Source: Lama guanicoe
Lineage: Eukaryota
Assembly: GCA_013239625.1 (NCBI GenBank)
Contig: MU054323.1
Span: 13,377,950-13,441,949, forward strand
Direction of reading: 5' to 3'
Length of the DNA stretch: 64,000 nt
Shown: positions 1-12,807 of the stretch, piece by piece
Layout: the number at the start of each line of letters is the position of its first letter
Numbering within the stretch: the first letter of the stretch is position 1
Notes under the pieces: model-generated
The model's input: only the letters and a program-made list of their open reading frames with translations
Database searches by the model: none
Told to the model about the DNA's origin: nothing
Program-made: the position numbers and the translations under genes

Positions 1-496
1 TTTGAATAGATTTCAGACAAAGAGTTAATATTCAGTGTGGAATTACGCTTCAGGTGACTGGTATAACTGAAGCGTTCTCGCGGTCTGGGGAGCCTCCTGT
101 TTCATCACTCACATCATACCACTGAAAGTCACTTTTAAATGCTGACCCAGACTTTAATGCTTAAGCAGAAAACCATATACCCAGGCAGAAAAACATAGCA
201 AAAGGAAATAATTTTAAAACTGTCATAAAGAGGCATTTTATCTTAAATTTCTAAGCATATCTTGTTGTTAAATGTTTTCTTTATTTAATGTCAGCAGCAT
301 TAGAGCAATGTTATTTTTCCAATCACTGTAACTTAGCATTTTTATAGTCAGGGCTGTTCTTTTTTGGATGATGATATATAGCTAATTAAAACGTGGCAGC
401 CCCTGGAATCTGGACTAAATTTAGCAGTGTATTAAGTTGGGTTAAGTGTATGAGGCGCAACTGATTGCTGATTTTCTTTCATTTTTTTCTCTGAAG

Positions 497-637
497 ACAT
501 AGATGAGTGTCAAGACCCCAACAGTTGTATTGACGGCCAGTGCATTAATACAGAAGGCTCTTATAAGTGCTTCTGTGCTCACCCAATGGTCCTGGATGCT
601 TCGGAAAAAAGATGTATCCGACCAACCGAATCACATG
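497..637 (+). CDS. LTBP1: LTBP1 coding exon, calcium-binding EGF domain: (D)[46 protein letters not shown]
   Basis: Pyrimidine tract plus AG at 495-496, GTATGT donor at 638; 141 bp, phase 1/1. Manual translation gives a six-Cys cbEGF matching the C-terminal region of LTBP1 and is in frame with the next exon. Not in the ORF track. Confidence 0.96.
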
Positions 638-1169
638 GTATGTTTGGATGTGAGATGCATGCCTGTGTCCAAATAAATGTCATAAGGTTTTCCTTTTGAC
701 TGAAATGTGAGCTGTTGGAAAACAGAAAAATTGATTCCTTGGGTATTTTGAAATAATTAAAATGACATGCTCAGAGGAAGAATTAAATGCATATCATCAC
801 TGTGGAGGAGATGTAATGCCCTCACATACTGGTTTAATGGGCAACAAACTACAGAGTGGCTGAACAAACAGCAGAGTTGTTCCGTGCCTCAGGGTTGGTC
901 ACAGTAACCCTCAAAGTCAACGGAGGAAGATGGAAGTTCCAGGAAAAATAACCAGGTTTGCTTGACTGCACTGTAGGACACAGATGAACAGAGGGGCGGA
1001 AGCCATCCAAGTGATGGAGAGCTCTGAAGTCCATTGATGGGAACCCCTGTTCATCCCCGAGAAGGTGCTGTGTGCTGATACTTGGCTTAATTGATCAGTG
1101 TATCAGCACATTCAGGGGACTACTTTGGTTGAAGTCAATTGAAAAGTAGAAAGGTTAGCACTAAGGACC

Positions 1170-1470
1170 CCAGGATGAAGTGTCACTAGTTCAGGGTTTT
1201 GGCAGATGAAATGGATGGAAAAGGATGACTCCAAAAAATGTCACATAGAACTAAATGGTAGCATTTGACAAAGGAGTACGTGTGAAAAATCAAAGACTGA
1301 AAGAATGAGAAGTCCATCAGGCTTATGAAGTACAGGCAAGATAGGGGAGGGTTTTATGTAACGATGGAAGCCAGGAGGGAGGGATTTAACTGGAACAGGA
1401 TGGGCAGGTTGAATTTCAGCTGATGGAATGACACCCAGTTGGAGATGACAGAGGTTTGATCCATGGAAAG
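1170..1470 (-). mobile_element. Old LINE2-like fragment
   Basis: Purine-rich degenerate sequence resembling L2; boundaries uncertain. Confidence 0.4.
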
Positions 1471-1611
1471 ACCAGGCTGGCTTCAGACTTTCACTTGGAA
1501 GTCACCCTTAGGAATGGAGATGGAAACTTTGAGACTCTCTGGCTTCCACCACAGTGTTTGTGAAATAGGAATAACAGTGCAATTGTCATGGAGCCGTGTC
1601 TTCCCTTTCAG

Positions 1612-1782
1612 AACAAATCGAAGAAACCGATGTGTACCAAGATCTGTGCTGGGAGCATCTGAGTGATGAGTATGTGTGTAGCCGGCCCCTTGTGGGCAAG
1701 CAGACAACGTACACTGAGTGCTGCTGTCTGTATGGGGAGGCCTGGGGTATGCAGTGTGCCCTCTGCCCCATGAAAGATTCAG
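1612..1782 (+). CDS. LTBP1: LTBP1 coding exon, most of the last 8-cysteine (TB) domain: (E)QIEETDVYQDLCWEHLSDEYVCSRPLVGKQTTYTECCCLYGEAWGMQCALCPMKDS
   Basis: ttccctttcAG acceptor (1610-1611), GTGAG donor at 1783; 171 bp, phase 1/1; CCC...GxAWG..C..CP TB signature; lies within ORF 1596..1853. Confidence 0.97.
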
Positions 1783-3549
1783 GTGAGCCCTTACCCAGTT
1801 CCTTCTCCTGGAGCCTTTGGAAGCAGGTTCTTCTCACCTCCTTTGGAGCCTGACTGTTCTCTTTTATCTTACGTTCATCGGAGGGGTGTGTGGGTGTGTT
1901 TGTATGAGTGGAAGAGCAGGATTGCGTAACTGTCTGGTTCCTGGCTTACCCCCATGCCGGACCCGGTCATTCATTTTGGAAGCCGTCATTCCATCTCCCC
2001 CAAAGAATGATAAATGAACCAAAGAATTATAATGCATCTTAGCAGTTGGTGCCGTAGGTCTGTGGAATTTATAGTTCCTGTTATTTCTTTTTTTCCTACA
2101 GTCCTTCTCAGATCTAACAGTTTCTACTTATTAGGGGTGACAGAAAACCTCCCTGGGTCAAAGCCCAAGTTTTTATGTCAACCTCTTGGTGAGAGAGATC
2201 ACAGAGAGGTTAGAACAATAAAGGAAGAGAGTAGAAAGTAAGTGAAATGCATTTGAACAAATCTCCTTGACGTTCAAGTTTGAGACCTGGGGTTGAACCT
2301 TTGGTCAAATGGGAAAAATGGGATAGGCTCAACTCTCAGTTTTACCCCCATTCCTTGTGGGGGCAGAGGACTGGAAGGTGCGGACTCCCGGCTCCAGGGC
2401 TGGGCTATTTGGTGACTGTTGGGTTCTGCGCTGATGGCTTTTTTTCCTTTGCACTGCAGCTCCTTACTGCTTGTTTTTTGTTTTGTTTTTTTTTTAATGT
2501 TTGAAAGTGTTTGGTGTGTCATTTTGTCTTTGAATGTAGAATTGATTTGATAAGGCTAGAAAAATACTGTATTGGATGTAAAGTGAAGGAATTTATAAAT
2601 GAACAAATTCGCAGAATAGTTGAGGGGAAGAATTGCTTGAAAAGAGGAAATGCACTCATTGATGGTCAATTAGAATGCAGTTTTCAAGTTACTTAATAAG
2701 TTGGCTATTTAGCTTGGACATAACTTAAAACCAATGGAGCAGAAAAAAGAAAATAATTTGAAATACTATCAAAGGAAAAGGAACAGCACAGGATAAAGAG
2801 CAAAGACATAAAGATATAGATGGTAATGATGGTAGCTCAGAAATGGAAAGAGGGCAGATTCTGCCACCAGGCGGGCTGGGTCTGGAATTCAGAACTGCCC
2901 CCAGCAGCTGCCTGAGTCGGAGGCGAAAAATCATCTCACTCAGTGCAGCTCATTTGTAAGACAGAGGTGTATGTCTTGTTGGGTTGTTGGGAGGATGTGG
3001 GTAGAGCAGGAACACAAGGAGTGAGGTACACACAAGGAGAGGAAGGCGAAATCTGAAGGAAGCAGATACAAGAGGGCTTGAGTCATCTTCTCATGATCCT
3101 CGAATACCTCAAACCTTTCTACTTACGTAGTTCTTATTGTTTAATTTTTTTTAAAATATATACTCCTTCTGAAGAATTAATCAAAGACGTTATGTTCCCC
3201 TCTCCCTACCTGCCCCATCACAAGGGAATTCCACTCACTAAAGATGTTCGCTCTTACCAGTTTGTTTTTTCATCCAAGCCTTTTTTCTACACATTAATTG
3301 TTATTATATATTTATATTTAAGAGAATATTTAAAGCTGAAATCCGTATCATTGATCTAAGGCACACTTTGTTTTTTGTTTTACTCATCATCTCTGAAATT
3401 GGGGCTGTCTTATAACTGATAGCATCTATCAATGGCCACAAGCCCTTTTTCCACTTACATCAGGACATATTTTACCATCTAGGGCATCTTAGAACCAATG
3501 AAAGATGGTAAGTTTTAAGTGGCTGTGCAGACCCTGTTTTAAAGATACA

Positions 3550-4061
3550 CAGGCATACCTTGGAGATATTATGGATTCAGTTCCAGACCACTACGTAAAG
3601 CAAATATTGCAATAAAGCAAGTCACCCGAATCGTTTTGGTTGACCACAGCATACAAAAGTTATATTTACACTGTACTGTAGTCTGTTAAGAGTGTGCAAT
3701 AGCATTGTGTCTTAAAAAACCAATGTCCATACTGTAATTTAAAAATACCCGTACTGCTCAAAAACGCTAGCCTTCACCTGAGGCTTCAGCAGGTTGTCAT
3801 TTGCTGGTGGAGGGTCCTGCTTCGTTGTTCATGGCTGCTGACTGATCAGGTTGATGGTTGCTGGAGGTGGGGTGACTGTGACAGTTTCTTAAAATATGAC
3901 AGCAGTGAACTTTGCCACCTCAAATGATTCTTCTTTTGCAAAGCAATGCTGTTTAATAGCATTTTACCCATGGTAGAACTTCCTTCAAAATTCAAGTCAC
4001 TCCTCTCAAACCCTGCCACTGCTTTATCAACTGAGTTTATGTATATTCTAAATCCTTTGTT
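3550..4061 (-). mobile_element. Tigger1 DNA transposon, terminal fragment
   Basis: Starts with the Tigger1 TIR CAGGCATACCTtGGAGATATT and follows the reverse complement of the Tigger1 3' end for about 500 bp. Confidence 0.88.
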
Positions 4062-4409
4062 TCACCAGTCAACTAAGCTTGCCAACTGGTTAGGCTATTG
4101 AGGTGTCTGTAAAGGACCCCAGGGTTCCAGGGAACACATGTTGAAAACCACTGTTCTGTTTCCATTAGACTATAGGAAGTAGTTAACCCAGAAGGAGTAT
4201 TTCTTTTATACCCCTAAAATTACGGACCTCCAGCTAGACTTAGGGGTACTCTACTCTGAATCCAGGGGGAAGTCCACAGCCAAGTTAAACAGTTTTTCCA
4301 GAGGCCCTGTGATTAGCTGGCATTTCCTTGCTTAGTACCTGATACTTTTCTCATGCCAAACCATCGCCCGCCGAGCGCTCTCCGCTGGCGTACAGCAAGT
4401 GAGAGAGTC

Positions 4410-4636
4410 AGAGCAGGGGGCGTGGCACAGGGGCTCTGGAACCAGGCTGCCTGGGTGTGAATCCTGGTTTGGCAACTTCTTAGCTACATAACCTTGTTCC
4501 TTTGTCTCCCCGTGCCTCAGTTTCCTCAAATGAAACTAAAGTCACCTGCCTCACAGGGTTGTAAGAATTAAATAAGTGAATGCATGAACACATGGCCTAG
4601 CCCTTGACACTTGGTAAGCATTCAGAAGATTTTAGC
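4410..4636 (+). mobile_element. MIR SINE
   Basis: GGCTCTGGA...CTGGGTGTGAATCCTGG...GTGCCTCAGTTTCCTCA core and ACCTGCCTCACAGGGTTGT. Confidence 0.8.
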
Positions 4637-4810
4637 ACTGAATGCTGTAGCTGCTAGGTGACTCAGATCAAATACATTTTCAGACAAAACTGAAATCCAG
4701 GGTTCTTATAAAATACACAGTTACCTAATAGCATCTGAACATGAATTAAGGATTAAAGGATAGACAAATGCAGAAATAACTGTCCTCATAGAAAACTTTC
4801 CCTTCTAGAC

Positions 4811-4970
4811 CACTGCTTCATACACATTAATGGGCACATCAGTTACCTGGTGATCTTATCAAAAAACCAAATTCTGGTTCTAGGTGGTGGGGGGTCGAGG
4901 TGGGCAAAATTCTGCATTCCTAGCAAGTCCCAAGGTGATGCAGCAGCTGCTGGTCTTCGGACCACAACTG
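4811..4970 (-). mobile_element. MER5-family hAT-Charlie element
   Basis: TTCTGCATTCCTAGCAAGTCCCAAGGTGATGC...GCTGGTC...GGACCAC is MER5-like in reverse. Confidence 0.65.
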
Positions 4971-6042
4971 GCAAGATTCTAGAGACACCTAACAGCATTC
5001 AGCCTGATCATGTTAAAAACCGGCTTTAATGCCGTTATTAATTTTTCAAAGAGGAAGCAAAGAATGTGTGAATTTTAAAACTGATTTGCTCATAATTTCT
5101 GCCAGTGAACCTTTTCAGTGCTGCTGTTCAGAGATATGTGCTCGTTGAGAAAGGACCACATTGTCTGTTTGTTAATGAAAGCATTGGATGCACCCCAGCC
5201 GGTCAGGCACTGAACCTTCCAGCTTCTCTAGGAGTGCAGCGCTGCTTTGGGGAACAATTAGTTACTGATGGAAACAGTGCTGGAGGAATTTGAGGAATAA
5301 ATCGCAGCACTTGTCATCAGCTTCAAGCATTAAAGTGCAGTGTAAAGTAAAGCTTTGGCTCCGGAACAGGCTTTCACACTTCTGGTCCAATAGGTCACGG
5401 GCACTAATTCTTGCTAAGGCAGCAGTTGCATCTGAGACCACTGGCAGTTGGAGGCGGTGGGAATGGCCCCTTCAGTAGTGTTCTCTGAAGCTACATGGCA
5501 ACTCACAGATTGGTACCACATGGAGGGGAAGCGAGTGGAGGGAGATGGATCGTGTCAGAGTAATGTTACACGAGGAGAACTGCCTAGTTGTACAACTCAG
5601 TGTATTTTGGGGGTTGCTCAGGGTCCCCTCTGAATTCTCAGCTAAAGTCTGGGAGGCCAGACACCAGGCGTGGAGAGAAGATTTCAGGTGGCCATGGGCG
5701 GTGCTGCAGGGAGTTGGTTGCAGTGGCCGCGTGTTGACAGCCTCCCCCTCCTCGACCTCTGGACTTTCTCTTATTCCTGCCCTGGCCTCTCTTCCTCTCC
5801 GACCCCTCTCGATACCCTCTCATCTTGCCCGTTCTTAAAATGTATTCTTTTCTTGGGGTGAGGAGGCTGAACTGCTTTGGAAGGACCCCCTTGTATTCAT
5901 ATTATGAACAAGGAAGGGTAGTCATTGATCTTTCTGAAAATTTTCAGTGCCATGCTAGAAGGAAATTCTAGGGGTAGGAGCACCCTAAAAGCTGGACTTC
6001 ACTGGAAATAACGAGTTCTTCTGACTAGTGAAAAATGAAGTT

Positions 6043-6264
6043 AGCTGACATGTTTATAGTGTAGCGCCAGGCACTGTTCAAAGTGCTTTCCATCCATTAA
6101 GATATTTAATTATGCAGGCTGTCCTGTGAGGTGGGTGTATAATTACCTCCTTTTGGGTGGAGAGGAACTGAGACACAGAAGATTACATTACCTGCCCGGG
6201 TCAGATACCAGGAAGTGGCAGGTGCAAATCCAGGCTCCCTGGCTCCAGCGTCTGTACTCTCAAC
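6043..6264 (-). mobile_element. MIR SINE
   Basis: GCCAGGCACTGTTCAAAGTGCTTT...CCTGTGAGGTGGGT...GGAACTGAGACACAGA. Confidence 0.78.
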
Positions 6265-8594
6265 TTCAGTCCTTGTTCTGCCCATGGTCTCAAAGCACAT
6301 CTTCGATGAATATTATCCCTTAGGATATAAAAGTAGCAAAGTGAAAAAATCTGAGGTTTTTTTTTCAATTTCCTTATGCATTGTGTGCTTAGAGAAGAAA
6401 GAAACTGCAGCCTTAGAGCCAGGCAGAAAGCCAAGTTAGAAGTGGAGTCTCATCCCCTCTGTATCACAGCCAAGCACAGTGGAGGGCATAATAGGTAACA
6501 GTATATACTTGATGAATTAATGGATTAAAGCAAAGTCAGTGATTTTCAGTAAGTTAAACTCCTGGTGATGCCTATCACTGATCTCAAATGAATTTTTCAT
6601 GTTGTCATTTATTGCTGCTCTTAAAAGTATAAACTTTAATTTTCTGGAAAAATACACCTCTGGATTACAAGATATATAGGATGCTATTATCTCATGGAAA
6701 TAAAAAACCTATTGACCTGCAAATGAAAGAAAATTAGACACATTTGAACACTGGAATCTTAAGTATCCAGGGATCCCAGTGTCTATGGTTATCTTGTTAA
6801 AATAAGCAGAGTTCTGTTAGGTAAATTATTGAAATAATTAGACTTATTGTGAGAAAACTGAACATTAAGAGTTGGTAAAGTCTTGATCTAAAACTTTGAA
6901 GTTCAGAAATTTTGACGGGAGAGTGTGTGTTGCTAGAGGGCCACCTATTGGTTGATATAATGTATTGCATCGCAGGTGTCTTAACCTCTGAAGTACTCTT
7001 CATGAAAGTCAGGCGTAGAAAGGTGAGTGGAGTTTAAAAAAAATCTCCAAGGAAACTGAAATGCCACAAAAGAAACTGGCAAATGTTTAAAAAGTCTTAT
7101 AAAACACTGCTGTTGATCAAAATGCAGAGGCATGGGTTTTCTCAGTTTTGCTGTAAGAGCAGTTTGAAGATACAGATTTGATTCAAAAATTCTGGTTCTA
7201 GGAATACGGATTATCCTTGTGCTTGAGTGCCAAGAAGGGAAAGAATAATCCCTACAGCATAAGAAAAATTTGAAGTCAATCCTGTCAGTAGAGAATTGTA
7301 TAGATCATGATACAGATTTATGTCTAAATTTTTTTAAGTCAAAAACATGTTTAGTAAACTTAAATGCAAGGTGCTGTTAGGGGTAAGAACCATGTCTAAA
7401 ATGCAGTCTAAATTATTTCTAGTTTATCTGTTTTCAGTTTCAGTTAAATTATTTGAGTATTCCTTCATTTCATTATTTGCTTGAAACACCTACTATGTAA
7501 TATCTAGGCAGTAAATTTTAGAACATACAGTTTGTATGTACAATTCTGTAGAACATAATACACAATTATGTTGTATTGCTAAATTAGAAGTTCATTCCCC
7601 AATATTTTCTTATTTAAATGTTCAAATGATATCCTTACTTAATAAATTCATCATTTTCTATGACAGAATTTTTAGTACTTCCTAATAACTTATCTACCTT
7701 CCTGTTTTTTCATATGGTTTCTCAAGAGTGAAAGAATCTGGAATCTGTGTTTGAACAGTTGAGCTAGTGATTTCTCCCATGTCCATGCATGGCTCCTACA
7801 CGTTCCCAAAAGTCTCAGGGTAAGAAGTTGCATAATACGCTTGGAGGTGTGAAGGAAGACAGGGATTTGACTTGTGGACTAAACTTGAAAAAATATTGTA
7901 ATTGGGCAGTGGTTGCAAAAGGCCTTTCATCAGTCGTGGTTTAAAGGCTTTTCCAAGAACTGTGTTTCCAAAGAATGTTAATAATAACTTTGGAACATCC
8001 TACATGCGAGGCACAGTGAGTGGTCGCCGCCTTGGTTTAAGCCATCCAGTGATCGCGTCCCACTTTTGGCACTGCTTCTGTCAGTTGCGCTGGACAAGTT
8101 ACTTCAGTTTCCTTTATCCAAAGATGAGAACTCTTTTGAGGTTAGGGTAATTAATACTCTCTTCTGAGTATGAAAGCATTTATCATTGTAATCAGAGATC
8201 CTGATTATGTGATTAAAGAGAACTGTAGCTGTCAATAAACTATAGTGGAGAATTTAAATCCAACTAGAAAGATGTAAGAGGCCTCCTAAATTGAGTGACC
8301 ACCATATGTATACACAGTATGTGCAGAGTGTACTCAGTGGTAACTGGTCCAGTTCTCTGGGATAGGATTCTTGGTATCCGTGGAACTAGGTTGAATTGGA
8401 TACCACATGGAATGGAGGTGAGTAGTTTACATGTTTCTTATTGGAAAGATACTTTTTATTTATTTAGAAGGCTACCCATTACTCCTCCCCCAAAAGAGTA
8501 AAAATACTTTTTTTTTAACTAGGAAAGGATTATTGCAAAATAAAATTTAGTGGTGAATTATGCACATAAAACCTTGGGATTTAATGTGCTCGTT

Positions 8595-8715
8595 ACGTTA
8601 GTTTCCTCATTTGTGAAATGGCAGGAGCAGCAACATCTGCCTCGGATTGTTTGAAGGGTAAAAATTTGATAATGTATGAGATGCCAGATAGATAGTAAAT
8701 GCTTCCTGGGTGTTA
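8595..8715 (+). mobile_element. MIR SINE fragment
   Basis: AGTTTCCTCATTTGTGAAATGG core. Confidence 0.55.
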
Positions 8716-9847
8716 GCGGTGATGATAAATCAAATCGTGTTCCAGGAAATGGTTGAGCTGATGATTCTTCCCCACTGCTACCTGGCTCTATGCGCCAGAA
8801 GTCTCTAGGAAAGGAGGCAGGAGTCAAAGATGATGAGGGAGGCCTCAAGCTTGTTGGGTTTAAATGTACATTCAATGAATTCGATGTGTCATTGTTAAAA
8901 CCTGGATTTACCTAAGTTCAGCTGAAACGTTTTGTCATTCTAAGTGCAATCCCTTTATATAAAATAAGATCAATTTTTATTTTGTGATTAGTGTTTATAT
9001 ATCTCTAGGAACAGATTAAACTTTCCTTGAGTTGTTCTATATCAAAACTCTGTTAATTAAATCTCTGACACTTGGGCCTCCAGTTTATAAGTTTTATGTA
9101 CTTCATTTTCTCTCAGGCACTTAATATACCTGAAAGGGCAGGTCACAATCCTAATAAGCATTTTCTTCTTAAGTAGTTAAGCAGCTCTTATAAATTTAAT
9201 AAATCAGACTTAAAATGCAACAAACTGAATTCCCTAACAAATGTGAATATTATTTACCAACCTAATCAAATTGTCTTAATTCTCAGAACATAGAATCCTA
9301 GATATTTCAGTCACCAGGCCTGTCAGATTCTCTAGGCCACAATCCTCCTAAACAGTGTAAACATATGAAATAACAACAAAAAAAACCCTCACTCTGCAAC
9401 TGTAATAGAGAAGTATTAAAATTCTAAAGTTACTGTACAACATTATCTCTGTAGCACAGTTACCATCTTAGGCCACCTGGGGTTACAGGGCGGCAAGATT
9501 CACGACTGGGATTGTCAGTTTATTAGAGATTAAGACCGGGATGTGGGCCTTGTATACTCACAGTGTGAGTCTGAGTAGCCTTGTGTGGTACAAAAAGCAC
9601 AGGCTACTGTTTCCATGGTAACAGGGGACCCCAGGTGTTTCTCGTGCAGGTTGTTTTTATAATCATTGTCATCCATTGCAGTGACTTTCAAGGGAACAAC
9701 AGGGCAGACAAAGTTAATAAAAGCTTTTCTCTGACTACACAGAACTCCCCTCAAGAATCAGGTGCCTTCTAAAGGGATGTTTTCACTTTACCGAGATTCG
9801 CCACCACCCTGACGCCCAACTTCCCCTGTCCCAGGAAGGCAGGCTAG

Positions 9848-10309
9848 TATAGTAGTCAGGGTTCTCCCGAAAAACAGAACCAGTAGGAGAGAGAGAGACA
9901 CTGACTGACTGATTCATTCATTCGTAATAAGGAATTGACTCTTGTGATTATAGAAGCTGGTAAATTCAGAACCTGCAGGGTGGGCTGATGGTGTGGAGGC
10001 CCAAGGAGAGCCGAAGTTCCAGGTCCAAAGCCATCAGGCAGGAAGAGCCAGTTCTGTAGATGAAGTCCGGAGTCTGAAGGCGATGGGCAGTGGAATTCTC
10101 TTTCTCAGAGGAGGGCCAGTCTTCCTGTCCTAATCAGGCCATCGGCCCACTGAAGGAGGCCCACTCACATAATGGAGGGTCCTTTGCTTTACTCAGGTCC
10201 ACCAATGTAAATGTTAATCCCATACAGAAATACCCGAAATAAGGTTTGACCAACTACATCTGGGCACCCCGTGGCTTAGCCTCGTCAGCACATGAAACCA
10301 GCCATCACA
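9848..10309 (-). mobile_element. MLT2-family (ERVL) solo LTR
   Basis: TAGTCAGGGTTCTCC...AACAGAACCA...ATAAGGAATTG at one end and GGGCACC...GCCATCACA at the other; flanked by a near-perfect 5 bp TSD GCTAG (9843-9847) / GCTGG (10310-10314). Confidence 0.85.
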
Positions 10310-12789
10310 GCTGGGATTGGAAAAAAGGTCGAGAACTAGTTTAAGAAAATATTTGCATTTTTGTGGACCTTCTCCAACTCCCACTACCGCCCCATACAAA
10401 CGCACACTTAAGGAAAGGCCTGTATTTTCAGTTTGGAGCTTAACGTTGTTCCTTCTCCTTCCCCAGATGTACGCTGGAGAAGGGCAGGGAGGAGGTGGGT
10501 TGCTGAACGCTCGATCAAGGGCCCCAGCCGGACAGCGCTGTTGCCGCAGGTCAGGGCCTCTTTTTCCAATCCGGGAACGATATCCTGGACTGTGAAAGGG
10601 AGTAAATAAACAGGAACGTGTGACACAGAGGCCAGGGACGAAAACAGGGCCTGTGCATCAGAGGAAGAACACTAGAAATGAAGCTGAAATGGGTTTTTTA
10701 TTTTAAAACAACCTTGTGTTTGGCAGGTGCACTAGAGAAAGAGAAAGCAATGAACAAGTCATGTTCAGGTTATGATCATATTGTAGTCATGCATTAGAAA
10801 CATACTAGAAAAGGAAACATGTTTTTGTCTCAGAGTAAGTAAAGTTTAAAAGGGGGGAAAAAACTCTGAGGGGGAGACTTTTCCTTTCCTGCTAAACTGT
10901 TGGCGACAGAACATGGGAGGAGGGTCCTGGGACCGGCCGCAGTTCCCAAACTCAGTTCCCTGGAGTTGGCGTGAATCAGCGAGGGTTTGTACTGGCAGCT
11001 GGGGAGGACCAGCTGGCCTTAACAACAATTACAGAACAGTTAAATGGGAGGGGAATTTGATGGAAAGATGGCCATCTGAGGTCTTCGAGTGTGTACAACG
11101 TGGACTTTGGGGTGTCTTACTTTCCTAAGAGCTCTGCACTGAAGTGCTAAGAAGGTATTTGGCCATAGTCTGTTATATAAAATATTCTGACTAGAGAATA
11201 ACTTTCATTGTGATTATAATTGCCCTGATTCCTATTAGAATTTAGTTTAGAGCCAGAGTAGAGGCATTAAGACATGCATGTGAAATGAACACCATGCATG
11301 TGAATCTGATCACCAAAAGCAACACTATTTTTCATTAACAAGCAATCTAACTGATTTCAAATAAAATTTTAGCACTTTGAACTTTCTACATTGAGATCAG
11401 AGATTATGAGTAGGCATTCCATTTTCTAGAAATGCCTTTTCCATTTTACCTTGATTTGCTCTTTAGGGAAAATTTTACTTTCACATTTTTAAAAAAGTAA
11501 GCTTTGCTAACAGGATTTTTTTTCCCTCTTCAATACTAGTTGAAATGGACTGTAAGAAAATGAACTGAGTGGGGCTGTGAAAAAACTCACTGGATGTAAT
11601 TGCTTAAAGTCCTGTTCTGTGTTTGAGGTTTTGAATTCAAATAACATTGTATGTATTTTGACCTTTTTCTTAATTGACTTTATAAGACAACTGTGGCTAG
11701 AACAAAGACCCTGGCTGCCATGCCTTTTAAATGCCAACTCCGTGGCTAGAGCAGGCATGCCTGGCAGAGGAAGGTTGAAGGAAAGAAAGTTTATCTCCTC
11801 TCCCTTCGTGCAACAGACGGATTGTACCTCCTAGGATTGGGAGGAAAGCATCTAGAAAGTGCTCGGGAAGCATGCTGACATCAATCTGCACGCAGCAGAA
11901 GCTAGGGTGGTAACTGTTCTGCTCAGCATCAGTGGCCGTGTCTTTAAGAAGCAAATTTCAAAAGAGTAGCTCCTGGGGAGGCTTCTGGGCACACCAAGGC
12001 CTCCTCCTATGCTCCCTTCTGAGCTTCAGGTCTCAGCAGCAAACAGAACAGTTATGAACAGTTGTGCTGGTTGTGCGCTGTTCAACCTTAGAAGTTACCA
12101 TGCACATCATAATCTAGGTGCCTTTGGCAGAATGGCTACCAGTGTAGCCAGAGAAGTCACTGCTGGGGGGAGAGCTCCTAGGACTGTATCTGATCCTGAG
12201 TAGATGCAGAGGGGAAGGTAAGAAGAGTCACTTCGCATTAAGATAAGTAGCAACATGTGAGAAAATCATAAAACAGAGGTACAGATCTTAAAATAGCTTA
12301 GTTTTGCTTTGCAGCTTTATCTTATTTCCTATAACTAAATGGAATACACATTTATGAATAATTTATTATGTTTAGTGTGACCTGAATATTCCATTAATTA
12401 CCTAGAACTTGCTTTTCAAATGATTAGGCAGTATATCTTTGTTTCATAACCTTGGGATCTGTACTTCTGAATATTAATCAGGAGAGTTTTGAACAGCTTC
12501 CAAACTTAAAATGAGCAAGGTTAAGATACTTGAAAATACACTTATTTTTACCCTTATATTTTAATACTGGTTTTTTTTTTTATTAAAAGAAAACAATGTT
12601 TTGAGAATTTATCCTGACTTGACCTTTGGAATATCATTAAATTTCTCTGGACCTCAGTTTCCTAAGCAGAAAAATGAATGAGTGTTAGATTATCCTTACA
12701 GGTTAGAATGTCAATGCACTGTAAGTTGTGTTCAGTTCCACTATTGTCAGTCTTGTGGAAACACCCAGCTGAGCACCACCTAAAAGCAG

Positions 12790-12807
12790 TAGCGCCACCT
12801 AGCGGCG
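12790..12807 (-). promoter_or_regulatory. Candidate CTCF binding site (CGCCGCTAGGTGGCGCTA on the minus strand)
   Basis: Close match to the CTCF core CC(A/G)C(C/T)AG(A/G)(G/T)GGCGCTA; three CpGs retained in an AT-rich, CpG-poor setting. Confidence 0.7.

Noticed and set aside
1071..1110. Hairpin TGTGCTGATAC-N18-GTATCAGCACA as a miRNA or MITE
   Set aside because: An 11 bp stem is roughly at chance expectation for 64 kb and too short for a pre-miRNA; no TSD seen.
11273..11315. Short direct repeat CATGCATGTGAA x2
   Set aside because: Simple local duplication of about 20 bp with no further structure.
11753..11762. p53 response element AGGCATGCCT
   Set aside because: Only one half-site, with no adjacent second decamer.
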